Below are positions 20,920-34,017 of a stretch of 64,000 nt of DNA, piece by piece (within the stretch, counting starts at the first letter, position 1; each line of letters begins with the position of its first letter). A model generated the notes under the pieces. That model did no database searches and was not told the origin of the DNA. It saw only the letters and a list, made by a program, of their open reading frames with translations. A program made the translations under genes and the position numbers. This stretch comes from an uncultured Actinomycetota bacterium (lineage in GTDB: Bacteria > Actinomycetota > Actinomycetes > Propionibacteriales > Nocardioidaceae): contig CAVWFF010000036.1 of the NCBI GenBank assembly GCA_963754145.1, positions 1,399 to 65,398 of the forward strand, in the 5' to 3' direction.

Positions 20920-21549
20920 ATGAGCACAGAGCGGAAGTACCACCGCCTCGACCCCGCGACGCGGCGCGACCAGATCCTCGACGCCGCCAACGAGCTGCTC
21001 GCCGAGCGCGGGTACGAGGAGGTCACGGTCGACCAGATCGCCAAGGCCGCCGGTGTCGCGCGCGGACTCGTGCACCACTACTTCGGCGGTCGCAAGGAGG
21101 TCTACCTCGCGTTGCTGGAGCGGGTCGCTGCCGGCCGCGAAGAGCAGCTGAGGCCGCCCCTGGGACGCAGCGCCCGTGCGCGCGTGGCGGACTCGGTGTC
21201 GCGCTGGCTGGACTGGACCGAGGCGAACCGGACGATCTACCTCGGCACGATCGCGCCCGGTGAGGACATCGCCGACCCCGACGTGCGGCGCGTGGTCGCC
21301 GACCTGGTGCGCCGCGCGGTCGTGCAGCTCGCGGCCTTCCACGCCGACATCGCCGAGGACTCCCCGCGTCTGCGCTACGCGCTGGAGTGCTGGACCGGTC
21401 TGAACCGGGCCGCGACCCGACGCTGGCTACGCGGAGAGGCCACCCGAGAGGCGACGCACGAGCTGCTCGCCTCGACCCTCGAACACGTCCTCCGCACCTT
21501 CGGATCACCGGCCAGCCGGCGCACCTCTCCGACCAACCGTGCGCCCTGA
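20920..21549 (+). CDS. TetR/AcrR family regulator
   Basis: 'RRDQILDAANELLAERGYEEVTVDQIAKAAGVARGLVHHYFGGRKE'. Confidence 0.92.
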   Translation: MSTERKYHRLDPATRRDQILDAANELLAERGYEEVTVDQIAKAAGVARGLVHHYFGGRKEVYLALLERVAAGREEQLRPPLGRSARARVADSVSRWLDWTEANRTIYLGTIAPGEDIADPDVRRVVADLVRRAVVQLAAFHADIAEDSPRLRYALECWTGLNRAATRRWLRGEATREATHELLASTLEHVLRTFGSPASRRTSPTNRAP

Positions 21550-21690
21550 CGGGTGGTCACCCGCTGGGGAGGATGGCGTCGCGTCCGAGGAGAAATACTT
21601 TGCGGCACGGGCGACGCTCGCGGCACAACCCCAGAACGCACGGCGAATGTCGGCAGTTGGACGTTCGTGAGGAGACCGAGGGTGCTACGC

Positions 21691-22849
21691 ATGGCACGGC
21701 GGCGGAGGGTCCAAGGTGACCGTGGGCGGCCAAGCCTCGTCGGCGCCCTGGCACTGGTCATGCTGGCCTGCGCAGGATGTGGCGGCGACACGGAAGGCAA
21801 CGCCGCGCTCAAGGTGGCCGAGGCCCGGGTCTCGGCGAAGGAGAAGGACCTCGCGGACGCCAAGGCCGACCTCGCGAGCAAGTCGGCAGAGTTCTGTGAC
21901 GCGAGCCAGACCTACATCACCGCACTGGACCGGTACGGCGACGTGCTGAGCCAGACCTCCCCCACCGTCGGCGACGTCAAGGATGCGGGCACCGACCTGG
22001 AGCGACCTCGTGAGGATGCCCTGGCGGACGCCGAAGCGGCCGTCGCGGCGCAGCAGGAAGTCGTCGAGGCGACGCAGGAGCTGGCGGAGGCCAAGGCGGC
22101 CCTGGCCGCGGCGAAGGGCCCCGGTTCGGCGGCCCCGAGCACGCCGTCCGGCACGACCAGCCCGAAGCCGTTGGCGCCCGAGGCCACGGTCAACCGCGTC
22201 CACCAGGCCGAGTCCGAGTTCAGCGCCGCCCAGCAGGGCATCACCGATGAGACCCCGTTGTCGCAGGCCACGCCCCAGTTCAACGCTGCCGCGGTGGCCC
22301 TGGAGATGTCCTGGCTGCGACTGTTCTCCGACGCCGGATGTCTCACCGACGAAGAACAAGTGCAGGCCGAGGCGGCGGTTCGCGACTACACGACGGCCTT
22401 GCAGACCGTCGTTGCGGGACGCCGGCTACTACGACGGCGCCGTCGACGGGGTGTACGGTCCGGCGACGGTCGACGCGGTCGAGGCCCTGCAGAAAGCGCA
22501 CGGCCTGCCCAGCACGGGTACCGTCGACAAGGCCACCGCCGACGCCCTCGAGGCCGATGTGGCGGCCCAAGGCGGCGCCGCCGCCCAGGAGGCCTTGGTG
22601 TCCACAGCCGCGGTGCAGCAGACTCTCAAGCTCGCCGGGTTCTGGGACGGCCCGGTCGACGGAGCCTGGACACCTGCGCTGAGCGCGGCGCTGAGGGAGT
22701 TCCAGACCGAGCTCGGTGTCGAGCCGACGGGCGCAGTCGACGCGGCGACCATCTCTGCCCTGGAGAAGGCGATCGCCGAGGCCCCGGCTGAGGCGCCGCC
22801 GTCCGCGGCGAGCGCAACCCCGACGACAAGCCCAGCCAGCCCTGAATGA
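21691..22849 (+). CDS. Lipoprotein with coiled coil and two peptidoglycan-binding (PG_binding_1) repeats, frameshift near 22410
   Basis: Lipobox 'LACAGC', and repeats 'GYYDGAVDGVYGPATVDAVEALQKAHGLPSTGTVD' and 'GFWDGPVDGAWTPALSAALREFQTELGVEPTGAVD'. Confidence 0.8.
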
Positions 22850-22984
22850 AACACCGCTGGTCAGGCACACCGTCGCCCGGTGCCAGTGTCTCCGCCGTGC
22901 TTCCGGCTGGAGGTGCACCTGCGACCTGACCGTTCTGTCCCGATCGCCGCGTCCCGGTTTCACCCGCTGTGAGATGTTGGGTGC

Positions 22985-23287
22985 GTGGGAAGCGACGTAG
23001 GAGTCTCCGCGACGGAGTGGTCCAAGAGGCTGTACCGCGATCACCGCGCCGCGATGCCACCCGAGGTGCGGCAGGCGCGCGACGTGTTCGTCGCCCGCAA
23101 CCAGTGGGACGTCGTCGCCGCGGGCGTCCTCGACTGGGCGATGGCGAACCGCATCCTGACCGCCGATGACAAGGTCAAGGCGCTCGCGTTCGCGCAAGCC
23201 GGGATGTTCGGCCGGAGCAGCGCCTACTACGAGCAGCGACTCAGCACCTACCGACCACCACTCGGGCCCCTGACCAACCGCGGCTGA
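22985..23287 (+). CDS. Hypothetical protein
   Basis: 100 aa ORF with protein-like composition and high GC3. No recognisable motif. Confidence 0.5.
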   Translation: MGSDVGVSATEWSKRLYRDHRAAMPPEVRQARDVFVARNQWDVVAAGVLDWAMANRILTADDKVKALAFAQAGMFGRSSAYYEQRLSTYRPPLGPLTNRG

Positions 23288-23326
23288 CTCACCTGGGACA
23301 CGACGCGACGTCTGGGTCGAGCGCGG

Positions 23327-24051
23327 TCACGAGGCGAACGCCGCGGGGTCCAGCTCGCGATTGACCACGAGTGCGGCCAGGTCGGTGAGGAGCAGTGGTG
23401 GCGCCGGGCGTAGCCCCGCATGTTCTCGAACGCCTGTCGGAGGGTCACGTCGTTGCTCGCGGCGACGACCCCCTTCGCCTGCTCGATCAGGATCCTGCTG
23501 TCGAGGGCCCCTTGGAGCTGGTCGGTCAGGGTCTCGGCCGCCCACAGCGCGCGCTGCTGCAGCAGGGCGATGGTCGCGACGTCGGCCAGGGCCTGGATCA
23601 CCCGCGCGTCGGTCTCGTCGAGCGGCTCCAGGCCCTCACCGAAGACGTTCATGGCGCCGACCACGCGGTCGCGCAGGCGCATCGGGAACGCGTGCACCGA
23701 CCGGAACCCCTCCACGACGGCCTTCGGCGCGAACGACGGCCACCGGTCCGTCGCCTGCCTGAGGTCGGTCATGATCACCGGCTGCCGCGTGCGAACACAG
23801 TCCAGGCAGGGGCCTTCCTGGGTCTGGAGCTGGTACAGCTCGAGGTGCTCCGCGCCCGTGGACGTCGCCGCCATGTGGTTGAGCCGGCCGTGCTCGTCGC
23901 CGAGCAGCAGACCGACCGAGCTGGCACCGCTGATCGCCGCCGTGTGGTCGGTCATGCGCTGCAGGAAGTCGATCAGGTCGAAGTCGTCGACCAGGGTGTC
24001 GGCCATGTCGACGAAGGCGTCCATCAGTCGTGCGGGAGCGATCATCGTCAC
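23327..24051 (-). CDS. GAF and ANTAR domain protein (3' indel)
   Basis: 'AFVDMADTLVDDFDLIDFL', 'QEGPCLDC', 'ALADVATIALL', 'LQGALDSRILIEQAKGVVA...AFENMRGYAR'. Confidence 0.9.
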
Positions 24052-24316
24052 CTGTTCCTTCCGTTCCACGAAGCTCCTGCCGACCAGTCGCTCTCGTGCG
24101 CCAGCACGATCAGGGTGCGTCCCTGCCCGGCGTCATCCCGGCCGTTCGCGCCGAACCCTCCACCCGAGCTCACGACATCCGCGCCGACGGACCAGCGGTC
24201 CGCCACCTTTCGACGGTAGCGCGTCCGGGCGTGGCTGAACACCGGATGAACCAGCCGGGCGAGGTACACCTGAGCGACGGCGGTCCGTTCGCGGGTACGT
24301 CTGGCGGCCGACTCGG

Positions 24317-27304
24317 TCAGCCCCAGAACACCCGGTCCACGACGGCCCTGGCTCGGCGGGCGGTGCGCTGGTAGTCGTTGAGCATCCGGTCGGCCTCACC
24401 GACGCCGTACCCGAGGATCGCGGCGACGGCGGCGCGTTCCCGGGCGTCACGCGGCAGCTGGTCGGTCGGTCTTCCCCGCACCTGCACGGTGGCGTTGCGC
24501 GCCCGGCTCGCCGCCTGCCACGCGCGGGAGAGGGCGTCGGCGTCGCCGACGCCGAGCAGGTCGTGCTGGACGCACGCGTGGAGCGCGTCGAGCGTCTTGG
24601 TGGTCCGCAGGTCCGGTACGGCGTGGGCGTGCTTGAGCTGCAGCGCCTGCACCGTCCACTCGACGTCGGCGAGGCCGCCGCGGCCCAGCTTGAAGTGGGT
24701 CGCGGGGTCGGCACCGCGCGGGAGCCGCTCGTCGTCCACCCGTGCCTTGATCCGGCGGATCTCGACCACGTCCCGGTCCGACAGCCCGGCCTCGGGGAAG
24801 CGCAGCGGGTCGATCATCGCGGTGAACCGGCGGCGCACGTCGTCGTCACCGACGACGGCCTCGGCGCGCAGCAGCGCCTGCGCCTCCCAGACCGCGGACC
24901 ACTTGGCGTAGTAGGCCTCGTAGGACTCGAGGGTGCGCACCAGGGGCCCCTGCTTGCCCTCGGGCCGGAGCGCCGCGTCGACCTCGAGGACCGGGTCGGT
25001 GCCCGGCAGCGCGAGCAGCCGGCGCAGCTCGTTGGCGACGGCGTTGGCCATGCTCGAGGCCTGCTGCGGGTCGGCACCCGGCAGCGGGTCGTGCACGAAC
25101 ATCACGTCGGCGTCGCTGCCGTAGCCCAGCTCGTGACCGCCGTACCGCCCCATCGCCACGATCGCGATCCGGGTCGGGAGCTCGGCGCCGCGGTCGAACT
25201 CGACCGCGAGCGTGGCCACCTCCAGCGCGGCCTCCAGCGTGGCGCTCGTGATGGCGGTGAGGGCGTAGCCGACCTCGGCCACCCCGAACGGCTCGCACAG
25301 GTCGGCGACGCTGACCCGCAGGAGCTCGCGACGCCGGATCGCCCGGATGCTGGCGATCGCGGCCAGCCGGTCGTCACGGCGTCGCCGAGTTGGCCGTCAT
25401 CTCCGCCTGGATCGCCTCCCGGTCCAGCGGGACCAGGCTCTCCTCGCCACCGAGGATCTTCACGCCCTCGGGCTCGCGCTCGAGGAGGTCGGTCGCATAG
25501 CGGCTGGTGGCGAGCACCTGCGCCATCCGCTGCGCCGTGCTGCCCTCGTCGCGGAGCATCGAGAGGTACCAGTGGGTGCCGCCGAGCGCGTCGGAGATCC
25601 GCCGGAAGCCGAACAGGCCGGCGTCGGGGTCGGGGGCGTCGGCGAACCACTCGAGCATGACCGGGAGCAGCGTGCGCTGGATCGCGGCCGTGCGGGAGAC
25701 ACCGCTGGTGAGCGCCTCGATGTGCCGCAGCGCCGCCTTGGGGTCGAGGTACCCGAGCGCCGCGAGCCGCTCCAGGGCCGCCTCCGTGGAGAGCCGGGCG
25801 TCGTCGCCGGGGATCCGCGCCACCGCCGAGAGCAGCGGTCGGTAGAAGAGCTTCTCGTGCAGCCGACGGACCTCCCGACGGTGGTGGCCCCACTCCTTCT
25901 CCAGCTCCTCGCACCGGCTTCTTGAGGTGGCCCAGCGAGCGGCCGAGGCGGTGCAGCGAGCGCTCGTCGTCCGGTACGACGTGGGTGCGGCGCAGCTGGA
26001 ACAGCTGGATCCGGTGCTCCAGCTTGCGCAGGAACGCGTAGGCGTCGTGCAGCGCCTGCCCGTCCGCGCGGCCGACGTACCCGCCGCGGGTCAGCTCGGC
26101 CAGCGCGCTGAGGGTGGTCGGCGAGCGCACCTCCTCGTCGGTGCGGCCGTGCACCATCTGCAGCAGCTGGACCGCGAACTCCACGTCGCGCAGCCCACCG
26201 GACCCGAGCTTGAGCTGGCGTCCGGCCTCGCGGGCGGGGATGTGCTCGATCACCCGTCGCCGCATCGCCTGGACGTCCTCGACGAAGCCGGGTCGCTCCG
26301 CCGCCTTCCAGACCAGCGGCCCGATCGTGGCGGCGTACTCCTCGCCGAGCGCGCGGTCGCCGGCGACGGGACGCGCCTTGAGCAGCGCCTGGAACTCCCA
26401 GGTCTTGGCCCAGCGCCCGTAGTAGCCGGCGTGGCTGGCGATCGTGCGCACCAGCGGCCCGGACTTGCCCTCGGGCCGGAGCGCGGCGTCCACCGGCCAG
26501 ATCGTGCCCTCGCCGGTCTGCTCGGAGCAGACCTGCATCAGCGTCGACGCGAGCTGGGTGGCGCCGCGCAGGGCAGCCTGCTCGTCGGCGCCGTCCACCG
26601 GCTCGGCCACGAAGATCACGTCCACGTCGCTCACGTAGTTGAGCTCGTGGCCGCCGCACTTGCCCATCGCGACCACGGCCAGCCGGCAGCCGGCCGCGGC
26701 GTCCCCGACCTTGGTCCGGGCCACGGCGAGCGCGGCGTCGAGGGTGCCGGCGGCGAGGTCCGAGAGCTCGGCGGCGATGTCGTCCACGTCGACGTGGTGG
26801 GCGAGGTCGCGGCTGGCGAGGCGGAGCAGGACCCGGCGGTACTCGACCCTGAGCGCGTCACACGCCGCACGGTGCTCGAGCGTCGCGAGCGGCTCGGTGG
26901 CCCACGGGTCGGCGCCGACGGCCTCCATCAGCCCGGCGCGGACGGCGAAGGCCGCCGGGCGTGCCGACCCCAGCGTGGGGTCGGTCAGCTCACGCCAGTG
27001 CTCCGGGTGCCGGCGCAGGTGGTCGCCGAGCGCGAGGCTCATGCCGAGCACGCTGAACAGCCGCATCGACGTGCCCTCGTCGTCGACGAGGGCGGCCAGC
27101 AGGTCCGTCGGGTCGGCGACGGCGTCGACGAGCGACAGCAGGCCGGCGAGCGCCTGGTCGGGGTCGGCCGACCTGCGCGAGCAGCGGCGCGAGCGGTTCG
27201 GCGCCCTCCCCCAGCCCGCGGAGCCCGGCGACGGCGCGGTCTCCGTCGCGGAAGCCGATGCGCACGAGGTTGCCGGCGGTGACCACCGACCCCTGTCTGC
27301 TCAC
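24317..27304 (-). CDS. glnE: Bifunctional glutamine synthetase adenylyltransferase/adenylyl-removing enzyme (several indels)
   Basis: Two NTase domains: 'AMGKCGGHELNYVSDVDV...KLGSGGLRDVEF' and 'AMGRYGGHELGYGSDADV...KLGRGGLADVEW'. Lies downstream of glnA2. Confidence 0.95.
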
Positions 27305-27384
27305 CGGGTCAATCTAGTGCTGCCACGGTCCCGGGTCCGGCGACGAGCCATCGGTCGAGCCGGGCCAGCTCGGCTGAGCAGGGC

Positions 27385-28722
27385 TCAGAGAACCGGCAGC
27401 ATCCGGTCGCGCTCGAAGGCGCTCACCTGGCCGCTGTACTCCTCCCACTCCGTCCGCTTGTTGCGCAGGAAGAAGTCGTAGACGTGCTCGCCCAGCGTGT
27501 CGGCGAGCAGCTCGGAGCTCTCCGCGACGGCGATCGCGTCGTGCAGGCTCTTCGGAAGCGGCTGCAGCCCCAGCGCCTTGCGCTCGGAGTCGGTGAGCGA
27601 CCAGACGTCGTCCTCCGCCTCGCGGGGGAGGTCGTACTCCTCCTCCAGCCCCTTCATGCCCGCGGCCAGCACCACCGCGAACGCGAGGTAGGGGTTGCAG
27701 GCGGCGTCGATCGTGCGCAGCTCGATCCGGGTCGAGGGGCCCTTGTGGGGCTTGTACATCGGGACGCGCACCATCGCCGAGCGGTTGTTGTGGCCCCAGC
27801 AGATGTACGACGGGGCCTCGTCGCCGCCGATCAGCCGCTTGTAGGAGTTGACCCACTGGTTCGTCACACAGGTGATCTCGGCCGCGTGGTGCAGGATGCC
27901 GGCGATGAAGTGCCGTGCGGTCTTCGAGAGCTGGTACTCCGCACCCGCCTCGAAGAACGCGTTGCGGTCGCCCTCGAACAGGGACACGTGCGTGTGCATG
28001 CCCGAGCCCGGGTGCGTCGTGAACGGCTTGGGCATGAACGTGGCCCAGATGCCCTGGCTCAGCGCCACCTCACGCACGACGGTGCGGAAGGTCATGATGT
28101 TGTCGGCCGTCGACAGCGCGTCGGCGTAGCGCAGGTCGATCTCCTGCTGGCCGGGGCCGCCCTCGTGGTGGCTGAACTCGACCGAGATGCCCATCGACTC
28201 CAGCATCGTGATCGCCTCGCGCCGGAAGTCGGAGCCGGCGCTCTGCGCCGTGTGGTCGAAGAAGCCGCTGCGGTCGACCGGCAGCGGGTCTGCACCCGCG
28301 TCGGGCTTGCCCTGGAACAGGTAGAACTCGATCTCCGGGTGCGTGTAGAAGGTGAACCCCTTCTCCGCCGCGCGCGACAGCGTGCGCTTGAGCACGAACC
28401 TCGGGTCGGCGTACGACGGGGAGCCGTCGGGCATCGCGATGTCGCAGAACATCCGCGCCGTCGACGGGCCCTCACCGCGCCAGGGCAGGATCTGGAAGGT
28501 CCCGGGGTCGGGCTTCAGCAGCATGTCGGCCTCGGTCACCCGGGCGAGGCCCTCGATCGCCGAGCCGTCGAAGCCGATGCCCTCGCTGAACGCGCCCTCC
28601 AGCTCGGCGGGCGCCACCGCCACCGACTTCAGGTAGCCGAGCACGTCGGTGAACCACAGCCGCACGAACCGCACGTCGCGCTCCTCGAGCGCCCGGAGCA
28701 CGAAGTCCTCCTGCTTTCCCAT
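27385..28722 (-). CDS. glnA2: Glutamine synthetase family protein GlnA2
   Basis: 'MGKQEDFVLRALEERDVRFVRLWFTDVLG', 'GFDGSAIEG', 'HHEGGPGQQEI', 'FMPKP...GSGMHTH', 'NRSAMVRVP'. Confidence 0.93.
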   Translation of the reverse strand: MGKQEDFVLRALEERDVRFVRLWFTDVLGYLKSVAVAPAELEGAFSEGIGFDGSAIEGLARVTEADMLLKPDPGTFQILPWRGEGPSTARMFCDIAMPDGSPSYADPRFVLKRTLSRAAEKGFTFYTHPEIEFYLFQGKPDAGADPLPVDRSGFFDHTAQSAGSDFRREAITMLESMGISVEFSHHEGGPGQQEIDLRYADALSTADNIMTFRTVVREVALSQGIWATFMPKPFTTHPGSGMHTHVSLFEGDRNAFFEAGAEYQLSKTARHFIAGILHHAAEITCVTNQWVNSYKRLIGGDEAPSYICWGHNNRSAMVRVPMYKPHKGPSTRIELRTIDAACNPYLAFAVVLAAGMKGLEEEYDLPREAEDDVWSLTDSERKALGLQPLPKSLHDAIAVAESSELLADTLGEHVYDFFLRNKRTEWEEYSGQVSAFERDRMLPVL

Positions 28723-28853
28723 GGGGAGAGCGTAGGGCCACACCGCGTGGGCACGAGAACTGGTCGCGCCGACGAAGGCGCGCATCACCGCATGCGACCC
28801 TCAGGACAGCGCCTTCTCGCGCGCCTGCAGTGGGCCCCTGCTGGCCCATGGCG

Positions 28854-29553
28854 CTAGCGAGGAGTGCGGGCCAGCCGGACAGCGATCCGCCAGCGGGCGC
28901 CAGGCCCGCTCCAGCTCGGCGTGCGCCGCGGCCACCTCGGCCAGGCCACGCTCGATCCGGTCGTCGTCGTAGCGGCGAGTGTCCTCGGCGGCCCACGGCG
29001 CCAGCACCCGTTCGTCGGCCTCGGGGTGCAGCTGGACGCCCCAGACGCTCGGCGCGAAGCGCACCACCTGCGCCTCGCCTGCGGCGGTCTCGGCGAGGAG
29101 CTCGGCGTCCTCGGGCAGCCGGTCGACGATGTCGTCGTTCCACTGCACACCGCGGTGCACGTCGACCAGGCTGCCGACCAGCGGGTCGGCGGCCGCCGCG
29201 TCGGGCCAGCCGGTCGGGACCAGGCCGATCTGCTGGCCGCGCGGGTTGCGTACGACGTGCCCGCCCAGGGCGACGGCGCACAGCTGGTGGCCCAGGCAGA
29301 TGCCGAGCGCCGGGACACCGGTGCCGGCCGCTTCCCGGAACAGCTCCTTGGTGTCACGCAGCCACGGGTGCTGCGCGTCGTCGTACGCCCCCATCGGGCC
29401 GCCGAGCACCACCAGCGCGTCGTGCGCGGTGAGGTCGTCGGGCAGCGTGTCACCGGCGTACGGGCGGCGTACGTCGACCGCGCAGCCGGCCGCGAGCAGC
29501 CAGTCTCCGAACCAGGCGGGCGGGCAGTCGTCCGCGTGCTGGACGACGAGCAC
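28854..29553 (-). CDS. Type 1 glutamine amidotransferase
   Basis: 'LVVLGGPMG', 'LGICLGHQL', 'GVQLHPE'. The 3' end is uncertain (28801 or 28854). Confidence 0.88.
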
Positions 29554-29569
29554 ACGTGGTGCTCACGGC

Positions 29570-31630
<2,061 letters not shown>

Positions 31631-31782
31631 GGGACGAGTGTGTCACCCGTCGTACCGGGGCCGCCTCCGACCGGGCCCGCGGCCGGTGCGGGCGGTTCGT
31701 TGGAATTTGTCGGAGCCCTTGTGTCGTTTTCCTGCTGAATGCGCGTTGTGTCCCATGATGGGTCGCGGGGGGAAGGGGCTCC

Positions 31783-32187
31783 ATGGGGATCTTCAAGGGC
31801 ACGGCGCCGAAGCGGAGGACTGACGTCGTCAGCCATCCGGCCGACGCGATCATGCTGCAGGCGATGGCCGGGCGTGGGGAGCTCGGCCACGAGGCCCGCT
31901 TCGTGCACCACCTGTTCTTCCGCGACCAGGAGACGGCGATGGATGCCGCCGAGCGCGCGGAGGCCCAGGGCTGGAGCATCGACTGGCTGGACGCCCAGCC
32001 CGAGCCGTTCGTCGGCTGGGTGATGCGTCCCGCGCGCAACACCGTGATCGACGCCGAGCAGGTCGCGGACGCCCGCGCCTTCTTCGAGCAGGTCGCCTCC
32101 GCCACCCATGGCAAGTACGACGGCTGGGACGTGCGTCCGTCGCCGAAGCACTCGCGCCGCCGGGCGGTCGACACCGTCACGGCGTGA
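31783..32187 (+). CDS. RraB/DUF695-like domain protein
   Basis: 'ARFVHHLFFRD...AAERAEAQGW...FEQVASATHGKYDGW' matches the RraB-domain pattern. Confidence 0.6.
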   Translation: MGIFKGTAPKRRTDVVSHPADAIMLQAMAGRGELGHEARFVHHLFFRDQETAMDAAERAEAQGWSIDWLDAQPEPFVGWVMRPARNTVIDAEQVADARAFFEQVASATHGKYDGWDVRPSPKHSRRRAVDTVTA

Positions 32188-32283
32188 CGAGCGACACACC
32201 CGCCACCGCCGCCTGACCGAACTACCGTGTGAGGGGTACGGGGACTCCATCCGGGAGCCTCGATCACCCCCAGGGAGCTCGGC

Positions 32284-33133
32284 ATGGCCGAAGAGACGGC
32301 GCCGTACGGCACCGGGTCCGACGCGACCCGCCCGCCGGTACGGCGCATTCGCACGCACCACCTGCGCGAGATGAAGGAGCGCGGCGAGCGCTTCGCGATG
32401 CTCACCGCCTACGACATGTACACCGCGCAGACCTTCGACGAGGCCGGGGTCGAGGTGCTGCTGGTCGGTGACTCGGCCTCCAACAACGTCTACGGCAACG
32501 AGACCTCGCTCCCGGTGACCGTCGACGAGCTGCTCCCCCTCACCCGAGCCGTCAGCCGCTCGGTCCGCCGCTCGCTCGTGGTCGGCGACCTGCCGTTCGG
32601 CTCCTACCAGGCCTCGCCCGAGCAGGCGTACCACACGGCCGTCCGGTTCATGAAGGAGGGCGAACGCGCACGCGGTGAAGCTCGAGGGCGGCCGCGAGAT
32701 GACGCCGCAGATCGAGCTGATGACCCGGGGTGGCGTGCCGGTGATGGCGCACATCGGCTTCACCCCGCAGAGCGAGCACGCGCTCGGCGGCTACCGGGTG
32801 CAGGGCCGCGGCGACACCGCGCAGCGGCTGCTCGACGACGCGCAGGCGGTCGAGGCGGCCGGCGCGTTCGCGGTGGTGATGGAGATGGTGCCCGGCGACG
32901 TCGCGGCCCGGATCACCAAGGAGCTGACGATCCCGACGATCGGCATCGGCGCCGGCGCCGAGTGCGACGGCCAGGTGCTGGTCTGGCAGGACGCGTTCGG
33001 CCTGCGCACCGGCAAGATGGCCCGCTTCGTCAAGCAGTACGCCGACGTGCACGGCGTGCTCCTCGACGGCGCGAAGGCGTTTGCCGACGACGTCCGCACC
33101 GGCACCTTCCCGGGGCCGGAGCACACCTTCTGA
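32284..33133 (+). CDS. panB: 3-methyl-2-oxobutanoate hydroxymethyltransferase (one indel)
   Basis: 'MLTAYD', 'LLVGDS', 'VGDLPFGSY', 'VKLEGG', '[10 protein letters not shown]', 'TIGIGAG...DGQVLV'. Confidence 0.96.
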
Positions 33134-33147
33134 CCCGGACGCACCGA

Positions 33148-33173
33148 GATCGATCAATACATATTGATCGATC
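33148..33173. promoter_or_regulatory. Perfect 12-2-12 inverted repeat, probable ArsR/SmtB-type operator
   Basis: GATCGATCAATA-CA-TATTGATCGATC, about 47 nt upstream of the ArsR-domain gene. Confidence 0.75.
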
Positions 33174-33220
33174 CGGGTGCCACCGGCGTACGGTCGACGC
33201 GGTGAGCTCGCGCTCGACAC

Positions 33221-34017
33221 GTGAGCACACCGGCCGTCGTGCCCGGCTTCCTGCGCCTGACCGGGCACCCCGTCCGGTGGCAGGTGCTGAGTGAGCTTGC
33301 CCGCAGCGACCGCCAGGTCCGTGAGCTGACGGCCCTGGTCGGGCCAGCGACAGAGCCTGACGTCGTACCACCTCCGCCGGCTCACGGGAGGGCGGACTCG
33401 TGACCATGCGCCGAGAGCTCCGCCGACAAGCGCGACGCGTACTACAGCCTCGACCTGGCCGCGTGGCGCGCGTGATGACGGATGCCGGCGGCCGCGCTCC
33501 ACCCGGGCCTCCGGCTCGTGCCCGCACGTGATCGGGCGCCCGGCGCGACCGGCCCGGGTCGACGGCCCCCGGCTCGGTGTGCTGTTCCTGTGCACGGGCA
33601 ACAGCCGCGTTCCCAGATGGCGGAGGCGTTGCTGGCACAGCGGGGCTGGGAACGCCGTCGACGTCGTCAGCGCCGGCAGCCACCCCAAGCCCGTGCACCC
33701 CAACGCGCGTGCGCGTGCTGCGCGAGCGCGGCATCGACATCCGGGACCACCGCTCGAAGCATGTGCGACGAGTTCGCCGGCGTCGGTTCGACCACGTGAT
33801 CAGCCTGTGCGACCGGGTCCGGGAGGTGTGCCCTGAGTCTCCCGGCGCTCCGGCGGTGGCGCACTGGAGCATCGCCGATCCGGCTGTGAGACCGGCACCG
33901 ACGAACAGCACCTACCCGGCGTTCGTGCGCACGGCCGACGAGCTGTCGAGACGCGTCGACGTTCCTGCTGTCGGCGATCGAGCACGACCTCACCAGCAAG
34001 GAGGGAACCAGACATGA
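33221..34017 (+). CDS. ArsR HTH fused to LMW-PTPase/ArsC-like domain (multiple indels)
   Basis: 'LTGHPVRWQVLSELARSDRQVRELT...SYHL', then 'VLFLCTGNS..SQMAEA', 'VVSAGSHP', 'FDHVISLCDRVREVCP', 'HWSIADP'. Stop overlaps the next ATG. Confidence 0.8.
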
